From: Hyaloraphidium curvatum SAG 235-1
Taxonomy: Eukaryota > Fungi > Monoblepharomycota
Length of the DNA stretch: 64,000 bases
NCBI GenBank assembly: GCA_025558095.1
Contig: JAIVFI010000029.1
Coordinates: 62,001-126,000 of the forward strand
Reading direction: 5' to 3'
The position numbers were made by a program, and so were the translations under genes. Below, in pieces: positions 10,958 to 20,943 of this stretch (position 1 is the first letter of the stretch; every line of letters begins with the position of its first letter). Below the pieces are notes generated by a model. It was not told where the DNA came from, did not search any database, and saw nothing but the letters and a program-made list of their open reading frames with translations.

Positions 10958-11947
10958 TCACGCCCACACCTGCCGCCCGCGTTGCACAGGCGATCCATCC
11001 AAATCGCCCATCTGCTCCTCGCACCGCGACCCTGGCCTCCGCTGCGCCAGGAGCAGCGCCCCCGTCGCCTCGTCGTACGTCACCCTCGCCCCCGACGGCG
11101 ACCTGCGCCTGACGCGTTCCGGCGATCGGAAAAAAGGATGACGCAGCGCCTCGGCAGCGCTAGTCCTCCTGCCGGGGTCGGCCTCCAGCATGCGCGCGAC
11201 CAGGTCTCGCAGCGCCTCGGGCACGGGCGCGCCCGCGGGGAACGCCCAGTCGGCCGCGAGGATGCGCCTGTACACGTCCGCGAGGCACCGCGAGTCCTCG
11301 AACGGCGTTTTGCCGCACGTAAGCTCGTAGGCGATGCAGCCGGCGGCGAACACGTCCACTGTGGGCCCGTACCCGTCGCCGCGGAGAATCTCGGGGGCGA
11401 GGTAGAAGGGCGTGCCGACGAAGGTGCGCAGGAGGGGGTCGCCGGGCGCGGTGGGGCCCGAGGCAAAGTCAAAGTCGCCCAGCGCGACCGAGGAAGGGTC
11501 GTCGAGGCGGCGCAGCAAGACGTTTCCTGGCTTCACGTCGCGGTGCGCGATGCCGTGCGAGTGTAGGTGCGCCAGGCCGGACAGTACGCCGCGCAGCACC
11601 TCGCGGATGTCGCTCATGGGCAGCAACCCCCAGCGCCGCGCGACGAGACCGGCGAGGTCGCCCTCTGCCTGCTCCATCGACACGTAAAATGCGTCCGCCG
11701 TTTGGAACACCTCGAACACGCGCACCACGTGCGGGTGCGGCACCGCGGCCACCGCAACATGGCGCGCGGGGAACGACGGGTCGGCCGTCGCCCGCGGCAC
11801 GGACTTGAGCGCGACGCGGCGCGGGGGGTCGAGGCACAGCGCCGCCCGCACGCGGCCGTTGGCGCCGCTGCCTAGGTGCGCGACGACGCGGTGCGCTCGC
11901 CGACGCGCTCGGCCGTGGGCCTCCAACGCGGCGTCGGAGGAGTACAT
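10958..11947 (-). CDS. Ser/Thr protein kinase (CAMK-like)
   Basis: LGSGANGRV, VALK, HRDVKPGN, DFD (in place of DFG), GTPFYLAPE, DVFAAG. Start ATG chosen at 11947. Confidence 0.88.
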   Translation of the reverse strand: MYSSDAALEAHGRARRRAHRVVAHLGSGANGRVRAALCLDPPRRVALKSVPRATADPSFPARHVAVAAVPHPHVVRVFEVFQTADAFYVSMEQAEGDLAGLVARRWGLLPMSDIREVLRGVLSGLAHLHSHGIAHRDVKPGNVLLRRLDDPSSVALGDFDFASGPTAPGDPLLRTFVGTPFYLAPEILRGDGYGPTVDVFAAGCIAYELTCGKTPFEDSRCLADVYRRILAADWAFPAGAPVPEALRDLVARMLEADPGRRTSAAEALRHPFFRSPERVRRRSPSGARVTYDEATGALLLAQRRPGSRCEEQMGDLDGSPVQRGRQVWA

Positions 11948-12625
11948 TGTAGGCGGTGGGTGGTTCAAGGCTGGAAAGCGGGAAACGTCTCCCGCGGGCT
12001 CGGTTGGGATGTCCCCGAGAATGGCTGTGTCACTACAGGCTAAACTGCCCTGTTTCCCCGCCCCGGTTTCCTCGACCGGGAGCCCCAACGGCACAGATTC
12101 CGCCCACACTGCGCTTCCGGATATGTATGCCGGTGTGATGCCTGCAGGCTGGGTGCGCGGAGGCAGTGAACGGAAAAACGAGACTCCGAGAGTGTAGCCT
12201 AAATGCGGGCCTTGACGCAATGGTTCCCGTGCCCCGACGCAGAACAACGAATCCCGCGGACGGGCAGTGAACCGCCGCCCTGGCGTGACCAGCTTGTTCG
12301 CTTGTCGGTCGCGCGGCTCGAATTGCGGTCCGACGCTGCGGCCCGCCGGGGTCGAGGTCACGGACGCCGAAAAGGTCCGGACCCCCGCTGCGCCTCGTCG
12401 TGGCCGATCGGCAACCGTGCGCCCGGCAGCTGGCGAACGGCATCGGGAGTGGGCGGAACAGGCGCTGCAGGCGGATTCGCTCCCCCAAGCGTGCCTCCCG
12501 TGGCCCGGTCCGCCGGAGATGAGCCTCACACAAGGTACCACGTCGGCCACCATGTTTGAATCACGCACTTCCGATCCAGAGATTGCGGAATCATCGTGTG
12601 CACAAGAATGGAGATGAATGCCTGC

Positions 12626-13663
12626 TCATCCTACTCCAGGCCTCACTCGTCCCCGATGCCCGTGGAGCTTGCACGACAGCTCCCACAGCTCCTTCGCCGG
12701 CTCCTCGTCGTACGCGTACGGCTTGAACCCGCTCGGCCACGGCCCCGGGTTCTCGGGATCGAACTGCAGCGCCACCCTCTCGTCCTCGAGGTACAGCCCC
12801 CCCAGCCCCTCGAGCTCCTTTGCCGTCGCGGCCCACACGCTCGTCGCGGCGCCCTGCGCGAACGACTTGATCACCGCTTGCGCGCTCTCGGCCTTCAGGC
12901 CCTCCTTGAGCTGCTCGGGCAGGTTGTCCGCCAACGGCGTGAGCACGGTGCCCGGGCTGACCGCGAACGCGCGGATGCCCTGGCCCTTGTACCGCCGGTC
13001 GATCTCGTTGGCGAGGTACAGCGTGGCCACCTTGGACTGGCCGTACGCCTCGATCGGGGGGCGGTCCGTGGGCTTCGGGTCCGTGATGCAGGCCAGATCA
13101 AGGGGGGCGTTGTGGTGCCCGAGGCTGGAGAGGGCGACGACTCGGGAGGCGGAGCCGGGGGAGGAGGAGGCCGCGAGCAGGGGCCGCAGGAGATGGAAAA
13201 GAAGGAAATGGCCCAGGTAGTTGACCTGGAAGTGGATCTCGAGGCCATTGCTTGTGGTGGAGAACTCCTTGGCCATGATCCCGGCGTTCAAGACCGCGAC
13301 GTGGATCTTGTCGCAGGCGGCGGCGATCTCCTTGGCGGCCGCGCGGACCGAGTCGTTGTCGGCCAGGTCCATGTCGACGAACACGGCGTCCTTGGCGGCC
13401 TCGCTGAGCGCCTTGGCTCCGTCCCGTTTCGAGTGCACCCCCGCGACGACGATTTTCGCGCCCGTCGCGGCCAGCGCCTTGGTGGTCTCGGCACCGATCC
13501 CCGACGTCGCGCCGGTGACGAGCACCGTCCTGCCGGCCCACTTGTCCGCCAGGCCCTGGTCCTCCACAACCTGCAGGGCCGTGGGCCGCGCGTCGCCGGC
13601 ACCCGAGGGCGACGCGTGGGCGGCCGCGTAGGGCGCGATGTCGGGCAGCGGCGGGACGGGCAT
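12626..13663 (-). CDS. Short-chain dehydrogenase/reductase (retinol-DH/WWOX-like)
   Basis: VTGATSGIG, LNAG, VNYLGHF, YGQSK; intronless. Confidence 0.92.
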   Translation of the reverse strand: MPVPPLPDIAPYAAAHASPSGAGDARPTALQVVEDQGLADKWAGRTVLVTGATSGIGAETTKALAATGAKIVVAGVHSKRDGAKALSEAAKDAVFVDMDLADNDSVRAAAKEIAAACDKIHVAVLNAGIMAKEFSTTSNGLEIHFQVNYLGHFLLFHLLRPLLAASSSPGSASRVVALSSLGHHNAPLDLACITDPKPTDRPPIEAYGQSKVATLYLANEIDRRYKGQGIRAFAVSPGTVLTPLADNLPEQLKEGLKAESAQAVIKSFAQGAATSVWAATAKELEGLGGLYLEDERVALQFDPENPGPWPSGFKPYAYDEEPAKELWELSCKLHGHRGRVRPGVG

Positions 13664-14256
13664 TGCGTTCGACTGGAGGATGCGTTTTATCTTTCGGCGG
13701 TTGATTCGAGACGCGATGGCGCGGCTGTCTCCCGCTGGGTTGTTGGGGGGGCGGAATGCATTCCGCCAGTCCGCCCGATTCCGCCCGCCCCAGCGGTATC
13801 GATCCTGCCAAGACGCTCTCGAGGCGCGCACCGCGCCTGCTGCAAACATGATTCTTTGCTCTTAGTGTTGGATCGGGCAGCTATTGAGATGAAGACAGCG
13901 TTGAAGACCCCATGGAAATCCGCAGTCCTTACCGGATCCGATCTGGATGGGTTCGGGCAAGCCCAGCCCCCCCGGCAGTCCAAAGCGGCAAAACGGATCA
14001 TCTACTGTCTAGATGAATCGACTTCCATGGAATTCAAGCTTCTCAGACTTGCTGAGGAGTTCGGAGGCTGGAGGCGGGGAAACTTCGAGTGCGGCGGAGC
14101 GGACAGCCTAAACGAGTGCACTGTACTCCCCCTCCCGTGCCCGGCCAACGGGTGCCGCGGCTGCCTCGGCCGCACTTGCCGCACTTTTGCCCTCCCCCGC
14201 GCCGTCGGCGGGTGCCCACACTAGCGCCCCCCACGCCCGCCGGAACACCTCCCGCA

Positions 14257-15888
14257 ATGGCATTCTCGGTGTCGGCCACCGAGCTCCTCCTGCTCGTGAT
14301 TGCCATCGTGGTCACCCGGCGCTTCGTCGACCACGCCTACAAGGTGCTCTACTCGCCCGTCGCCAAGATCCCCGGCCCGCAGCTCCCGCGCTGGGCGCCC
14401 TTCCTGTTCTTCCTGCCCAACGCGCTGCGCGGCAAGGCCTTCGACGCCTCGTACCGCCTGCACGAGAAATACGGGCCCGTGGTCGCCGCCGCGATAGACC
14501 GCGTCTCGGTGGCCGACCCGGCGCTGGCCCACATGGTGCTCAAGACGCTGGACCTGCCCAAGTCCAAGGTGTACAACCTGCTCCGGCGGCGGGACCAGCC
14601 CGACAACATCTTTTCGACGCTCGACAAAGCTTTCCACAAGCGCGAGCGGCGGCTCATCGGGCCGGCCTTCGCCAACCAGATCGTCAACTCCCTGGAGCCG
14701 CTCATGCTCGAGGTTGTCTCGCACCTCTTTTCCAAGATCGACCAGACCATGGCCGCCGAGGGCCGCTTCGACTTTGGCCGCGGGATCCAGAACCTCGCGC
14801 AGGACGTGATCGGCGAGACCGCCTTCGGGCAGTCCTTCAACATGGTCGAGCGCGGCACGCACCCGCTCCACGAGAGCCGCCGCGTGCTGTTCCTCTTCAC
14901 CGCCGTCCGCCGGATCCTCTACATCCTCGTGGGCTGGATCCCCTACCTCCACCTGGACGAGCGGATCATGGACATGTTCCCGCAGCTGCGGCGCGCGGCC
15001 AAGGTCAACGAGGACTTTGTCTCGGGCGTGATCCGCGACCGCAAGGCCCTCCTGGAGGAGCACGCCCGCGGCGGCTCGAAGGCCGAGTTCGGCAGGCACG
15101 ACATCCTCAACGTCCTCCTGACCCACTCGGACCCCGACACGGGGGAACGGCTCACGGACGCGCAGGTGGCCACCAACGTCGGCATCATCCTCATCGCCGG
15201 GGCCGAGACCACCGCCAACAGCCTGACCTGGGCGGTCTACTTCCTCCTGAAGAACCCGCGCGCCCTCGGCGCGCTCCGCGCCGAGCTGGACGCCGCCTTC
15301 CCCGACGCCTCCACCCGCGGCCCGCTGGGGTTCGACCCCCTCCCGCACGAGACGCTGAGGAAGCTGCCCTACCTCGACGCCAGCATCAAGGAGGCCCTCC
15401 GGATCATGCCCGTAGCGGGCGTCGGCCTCCCCCGCGAGGCGGACCGCGACCTCGACCTGGGGGGGTACCTCATTCCAAAGGGGACGATGATCGGGGTGGC
15501 GGTGTTTGCGCTGCACCGCTCGCCGAAGCTGTGGCAGCGTGCGGGGGAGTTTTGGCCCGAGAGGTTCCTCGGCGAGGAGGAGGAGGAGAAGGGCGACGGG
15601 CCCAAGAGGTACAACAAGGAGGCGTTCGTGCCGTTTTCGCTGGGGACGAGGAATTGTGTGGGGATGAACTTCGCGTGGATGGAGGTGCGTCGGTCCGCCG
15701 AGGCACGGGGTGGTCAACGTTCCTTATCCCCGTCCCCGCAGATGAAGGTCGTGCTGGCGCACCTGGTGCGGTACTACGACCTCGGTTTGGTGCCGGGTCA
15801 GCAGGACAAGGAGGCGGAGGCGGTGTCGTACATCACGCTGCAGCCGCGGAGCGGGAGCCTGCTGATCACGGCCGAGCGGAGGGCTTGA
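14257..15888 (+). CDS. Cytochrome P450
   Basis: N-terminal TM anchor, IPGP, AGAETT, EALR, PERF and heme motif FSLGTRNCVG. In-frame 57-nt intron at 15685-15741. Confidence 0.95.
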   Translation: MAFSVSATELLLLVIAIVVTRRFVDHAYKVLYSPVAKIPGPQLPRWAPFLFFLPNALRGKAFDASYRLHEKYGPVVAAAIDRVSVADPALAHMVLKTLDLPKSKVYNLLRRRDQPDNIFSTLDKAFHKRERRLIGPAFANQIVNSLEPLMLEVVSHLFSKIDQTMAAEGRFDFGRGIQNLAQDVIGETAFGQSFNMVERGTHPLHESRRVLFLFTAVRRILYILVGWIPYLHLDERIMDMFPQLRRAAKVNEDFVSGVIRDRKALLEEHARGGSKAEFGRHDILNVLLTHSDPDTGERLTDAQVATNVGIILIAGAETTANSLTWAVYFLLKNPRALGALRAELDAAFPDASTRGPLGFDPLPHETLRKLPYLDASIKEALRIMPVAGVGLPREADRDLDLGGYLIPKGTMIGVAVFALHRSPKLWQRAGEFWPERFLGEEEEEKGDGPKRYNKEAFVPFSLGTRNCVGMNFAWMEVRRSAEARGGQRSLSPSPQMKVVLAHLVRYYDLGLVPGQQDKEAEAVSYITLQPRSGSLLITAERRA

Positions 15889-16027
15889 GCTTAGCGTGCG
15901 GGGCTGCAGGCCGTCGCGACGAGTTCGGCGGTGGAAGGAACGTACTTGCCGTTTGGAAGTGGATTGAGCTATTGAGGTGTTGGCCTCCGCAGGTCGGAAT
16001 TGATTCTAGTTGATGAAAGACAGAGAG

Positions 16028-16881
16028 TCACATCTTTGGCGCCTTCTCGACGAACGACACCTCCACCGCCCCCAACCTCCCCACCTCTGCCCTCGCCCCG
16101 AACCCGCCCTTTACGTCCGGCGGCGCGAACCACGGCACGATCGCCGACCCGGTCGACAGCACGTCCCCCTTCCTCAGCTCGATCCCGAACCCCGCGAGCG
16201 TCCTCGCCAGCGCGGCGACGTTGTTGAGCGGGTTCCCGGCTATGCGGGAGGAGTTGCCCTCGGCGACCGTTTTGCCGTCCACGGCTAGGGAGGCGGGGAG
16301 GTCCGCGATGTGCGGCAGGATGTCGGCGGCGGGGACCTCCGGGCCGATGACGAGCGAGTGGAACAGCACGCCGTCCGCGACCAAAAGAGGGAGGTGCAAA
16401 CGGGTGTAGCGGTTGTCGATGACCTCGAAGGCGGCGGCGACGGTGCCGATGTATTTGGCCGAGTCGGCGGCGGTGAGCGTCCGGGCAGCGGAGAGGGGGA
16501 TGGTCTCGCCCAGGCGGACGAGCACTTCGACCTGCACGTGCCCAGAGGACGGGAAATCAGCAGAAGCGGATGTGATTCGGGGAAACGCACCTCCAGGCCC
16601 AGCTTGTTGAACGAGCCCCTGTCTAGCTGGCCGCCGCTCCCGTGGACCTGCTTCGTGTGAACCGCGCCCCCGTGCGCGCTGCCATCTCCCACGGGCGGCG
16701 GCAAGACCGCGATTTTCCAGCCCACGCGGGGGCCCAGTTGCGGTTCGCGCGCCTTTGAGACCTCGAGCGCCGCGGGGTACGCGTCGGCCGCGTTCGTCGG
16801 GACGAGCTCGGCGGGCGGGGCGACGAGCACCGGCAGGCCGGCGGCGTGCGCCGAGAGGATGTACTCCGCGAGAGGGAGCAT
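16028..16881 (-). CDS. FAH-superfamily hydratase/decarboxylase, 2-keto-4-pentenoate hydratase (MhpD)-like
   Basis: GWKIA, LE|VEVLVRLG, AFEVIDNRY, LVADG, GNP, GDVLSTGS. Intron at 16532-16590 keeps the frame. Confidence 0.85.
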
Positions 16882-16973
16882 CGTTGGAATCCGGGTTGTC
16901 GGGGCCGAGGGGAGGCAGACGCGGGAGGCAATAAGGGACTCGGCCTTCCGCGCCACGTCATTCGTTGCCTTCG

Positions 16974-17389
16974 ATGTCGCGCCTCCTTGCCCGCTCCCTC
17001 CCCGCCATCAAGCTCCCTCGCCTCTCCCTTGCCTCCTCTTTCTCCTCCCGCCCTCCTGCCGCGGACGCTGAGGCCCCGCCCGCCGACGACACCGTCCCGA
17101 AGCACCCCCTCGGCTTTTCGCACTTCCCCGCCTCGGCGCGGTGCTGCCCGCCCAAATCCCCTTCGTCGGACCCCGGCACCGCGGCATTTCCGTCGAGCCC
17201 GTCGTGGACTGCGCCCAAGGGAGGAGAACGGGTGGAGGGGAAGGAGGAGGCGTGGTAGAGGGCGGAGGAGGGCAAGGAGAAGGTGGGACGCGGAGCGGAG
17301 CGATGGACGGAGCGGAAAGATGTTCATTGCCTTGCCACTGGGTCGCACAGGCTGCGGGGAGGAGGGACTACCTGCGCGGGGACTCGTGA
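16974..17389 (+). CDS. Leader small-protein gene of array B (about 115 aa, one in-frame TAG)
   Basis: MSRLLARSLPAIKLPR...HPLGFSHFPASARCCPPKSPSSDPG...EGKEEAW*RAEEGKEK|AAGRRDYLRGDS* if 17283-17350 is spliced. Many synonymous third-position differences versus copy A. Confidence 0.55.
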
Positions 17390-18600
17390 AGATCGGTCGT
17401 CGGGGTCCGCGCAAAACTTGCGCTTCGCAGGTGGGAATTCAGATCCGCGGCAGCTGCTCCGGGTTGGACTGCCCCTGATGTGCCTCCTCACAGGTTGTCC
17501 GGGCCGGACCAGCTCTGCGGCGGCCGTGGGGACGGATACCTTGATCGGATCTTCGAGGTGGGTGAGCGACGCGTTGGAGGATGGCTTACTGAGCTGTTCC
17601 TGATGTTTGCTGCGTCCTACAGTCTTTTTGATTAGCGCCCTGCTGGCGGCCGGCTTTCCCGCCGACGAGTCTGGGCGCAGAGCCAGGTGACTGGGATCCC
17701 GGCCGGCGGCGAGAGTGGTCAAAGCGCGAGAGCCAACAACAACGCACTTCCGTCGTCCCACAGCTTCCCTCCGCAACTCTCTCCCGAAGGAACCTTCAGC
17801 AGGGCGCGTCATATTCCACGCACGTTGAAACCGAACTTGCAGGTGGGGCAACGGACGGCAAGGACGAGCTTATTTGGAAACGTCGATTGGCCAATGCCCG
17901 CTTCCCCACAGGTGCCGATCCGCAAGCCGGATCGAGATCGGACGGATTCCTGCTAGCGGATGCTTCGTGCCGTTCGGACCGTGGGGATTGCAGGGTGCCG
18001 CGATGTGATCTTCTTCACATCAACGTGCGATCATGCGGTCCCCACAGATTCGCTCCAGCCCCAGCGAGTCCTCGGGCGTATCCATCGGCCGTGCGGCACC
18101 GGCAGCGATGCATCGTTCTTGTTCAGGTGGAACCGCGGCGCCAAGCGATGCGGCTGCAAAGCTGATCATTGCTTCGTCGTGAGCTCCACAGATGCCTCTC
18201 GGGAGGGACGAGCCGCGCCTTGTGGACAGCGGCGCGTTCGAATCACGCACGGACGTCCTGAAGGTGAGGAAGCGGACGTCGAGATGCGCTCCTACATTTC
18301 ATTGCGCCCACGGTCTCACAGGTGTCGCGCGCGAAGGTCATCGCGGGATGGGCTTTCTTCGCCGGTGCTCGAGTACTTTGGAAGGTGGGGATCACGAGTG
18401 CTGCGGGGTTGCTTTCGAGCATCTCCAGAACGAATGCGAGGTAGACTGGTTTTCCCCACAGATCCCAGCTTTCTCGAACCTATGGACACGGGCGTTCGCG
18501 GCTTCATGTAGACGGGCGGAGCGTACGCACGAAGGTGGGACGGCGACCGGCCCCGAGCGGATCCCGGATCTCACTCGTTGTGTATTCGCGTCTCCCACAG
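17283..18600 (+). ncRNA. Array B: 10 hairpin-forming short GT-AG units (mirtron-like candidate)
   Basis: Units at 17283-17350, 17431-17493, 17558-17622, 17687-17763, 17843-17911, 17981-18047, 18127-18191, 18264-18321, 18385-18461 and 18535-18600. Nine of ten are preceded by AG, all end ACAG, termini are complementary, and spacers are 63-80 nt. Confidence 0.6.
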
Positions 18601-18885
18601 CTTGCGCGAGCTTCTGGCGGCAGACGCGGACGCGGGACCGAAGATGGCTGGGCGGGGACGGGATTGGGACGTGTGATGCCTCCGAAGCATAGACGATCCT
18701 CAGTCGGGCCCGCACATGAGCAACTGCCATTTCCAAATCAATTCTAGCATATCTCCATCCGACTCTGACATGCTTTTCACTGTCTTCCAATCCAACTCGA
18801 AGTCGGACGGGAGGCTGTACATGAGACCGCAGTAGTTCACAACACTATAATGCTGATCCAACCCTGGCCCTCCTCCTGCGGCCCT

Positions 18886-19737
18886 TCACAGCCTCCCGCG
18901 AAGCCGTCCCCCGACGATCGAGTCCCTGAACGCCGCCAAGGCGTCGGCCAGGTCCCCGGGATCCCCATCCGTCTGCACCATGTGCCCCTTGCCCTTCAGC
19001 CACACCGTCTCCACCCCGTACGCCGCCGCGGTGCGCTCGACGGCAGGGGCCGACACCATGTTGTCGCAATCACCGCCGACCACGAGCACGGGGCAGGGCA
19101 CCTTGGAGGGTTCTGGCATCACCGTGTTCATCTGCTTGGCGGCGAACGAAGATTCCTCCCCCACGGCGGCCTGATGCTCCCTGATGGTCTCCTCTGGCGT
19201 GTCGGGGCTGAAGAGCAGCCAGCGGCACGCCCTGGGGTCCTCGTACAGCACGCTGAAGCGGTTGTACCACATGGCCTTGAGGAATGCCCAGGGCTGGTTC
19301 CAGATCATCCGCGGGCCCTCGGAGCGCATGCCGCCGACCGGGGACGACGCCAGGAGGACGATTCCGGGGAGGGCGAATCGGCCCGAGGCCGCGAGGAGCT
19401 GGGTGATGAGGCCGCCCATGCTGTGGCCCACGAGGATCGGCAGCGGGCCGGCTGCAGCGATCGCATCGAGGGCGCGTCCGACGTCGTCGCAGAAGTCGAA
19501 TATGGAGGCCTCCTGCAGCTCCGCGTGGCCTCCGCTCCCGCCGTGGCCGCGCAAAGAGACCGCTGCGGTGCCGATGCCCCTTTCGGCGAGCGCGCGCATC
19601 AGTTGGAGGTACGTGGCCGCGCGGCAGGAAGAGCCGTGGACGAGCAGGAACGCGGGCGGCGCGGGGCCCATCGAGAGCAGCTCTAGGGGAGGCGCGCCGC
19701 CGGACGCGTGGAGCATCGCCGTGCGGGCGTCGCTCAT
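18886..19737 (-). CDS. Alpha/beta hydrolase
   Basis: LLVHG, SLRGHG, nucleophile elbow GHSMGG, GGDCDNMV, GHM; intronless. Confidence 0.88.
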   Translation of the reverse strand: MSDARTAMLHASGGAPPLELLSMGPAPPAFLLVHGSSCRAATYLQLMRALAERGIGTAAVSLRGHGGSGGHAELQEASIFDFCDDVGRALDAIAAAGPLPILVGHSMGGLITQLLAASGRFALPGIVLLASSPVGGMRSEGPRMIWNQPWAFLKAMWYNRFSVLYEDPRACRWLLFSPDTPEETIREHQAAVGEESSFAAKQMNTVMPEPSKVPCPVLVVGGDCDNMVSAPAVERTAAAYGVETVWLKGKGHMVQTDGDPGDLADALAAFRDSIVGGRLRGRL

Positions 19738-20037
19738 CGGAGGCAGCTCGGTGGGACCGTTTGGGGAACAGCGCCTAAACGACGCACACGGCGAGGGTGG
19801 TGGCCTGCCCGCCGGCGCTAGCGCATTGAAATAACAAGACCGCGTGTGACGCCTCCGGCGGCATAGAGATCCGTTAACTGGGCCGGTGCACGAGTCCATT
19901 GCGAACTGCAACCCGGAGTCGTTCTATCCAACTCTCCATCCTTTCCTCCTTCTAATCCAACCGAAGAAGTGCAGCAGGGAAAGGCTGTGCTCGCGAAAAC
20001 CCCGCAACAACTCGCCGTCTCCCACTTGGTTCAAGCG

Positions 20038-20500
20038 ATGCCCACGACGGCCGACCGCGTTGCGGCCGCGTGCCTTGTCGGCGGTGCCGCGCTCGGGATG
20101 ACGGGCGCGCTGGCGGTCCGCGACGAGCGCGTGCAGGTCGAAGTTCTCGCGCGCCGGCGACGATCTGCTCGCCGCGGCGTTCGCCGCCGCGTCTGTCGGC
20201 AGCGCCGTGATGATGTCGGGCGGCCAGGGCGGCCTCGAGTACCGCGTGCCGTCGTTCGCCGCCGCCGCCAACCTCAACACGTTCGCGCTGGCGACCGTGG
20301 CGGCAGCTGGCGGCAGCGCGTTCAGCATGCCCTTTCGCGCGGCCTGCGGCGCCGCGGCGGCGCTCTTTGGCGCCACGGCCGCGAGGATGTACTTTGCCGG
20401 CGAACGCATCCTGGCCACGGCGGCGCCCCTGCCGGCCGCAGCGTACGCCTTCTTTTCCATCAGTCTCGTTGGCATTGCCGCCACCGTGGCATCCAAGTGA
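20038..20500 (+). CDS. Small hydrophobic hypothetical membrane protein (splice model uncertain)
   Basis: Ala/Gly-rich hydrophobic segments in two frames (MPTTADRVAAACLVGGAALG...; ...AFFSISLVGIAATVASK*), probably joined by an intron. Confidence 0.35.
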
Positions 20501-20943
20501 TTGCGGGGGGTTCATGGGCGGAGCATCCCGCGTCTTCAGGTACGCCTTCGTCTTTCCTATGATGAGTCGTGCGTATTCATTCAATCGCGATGCCATGGCA
20601 GCACCCAAGCAAGCACTTGGATCAGATAGCTCGGAGCAGGTCGCCGACAGTTCGCGCGCGAAGAACACAATGATAGCTTGCTCAGCGCCTGTGATAGAGA
20701 TCTGATAGCTTGTTCAGAGCAACAGATTCCTTCTTCTCCCTTGACCGTCTGACCGTCTGACCGAAATGCATTATGAGCGATGGCTCCATCATCTCCTTCC
20801 TTCTCATTGTTGGTCCAGCGAATTTGAGGTTGTGAAGAGACTGGATGGGCAGGAATATCCGCCCTCTAGAACCCAGAACCCCAACGACGTCACCACATCA
20901 CCGCCGCCCTTCCAACCAGCCAGTGAACGCGTCGGGCCGCAAC

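Noticed and set aside
17366-17395. U1 snRNA-like start (ACTACCTGCGCGGGG)
   Set aside because: It does not match ACTTACCTG, no Sm site or U1 loops were seen, and it is explained as the RDYLRGDS codons.
17283-18600. CRISPR array or simple tandem repeat
   Set aside because: Only 5-7 nt termini recur, the units differ internally, there are no cas genes and the context is eukaryotic.
17283-18600. H/ACA snoRNA cluster (hairpin followed by ACA)
   Set aside because: The ACA is part of the terminal stem and CAG acceptor. No H box or consistent pocket 14-15 nt from ACA was evident by eye. Disfavoured but not fully excluded; snoGPS could test it.
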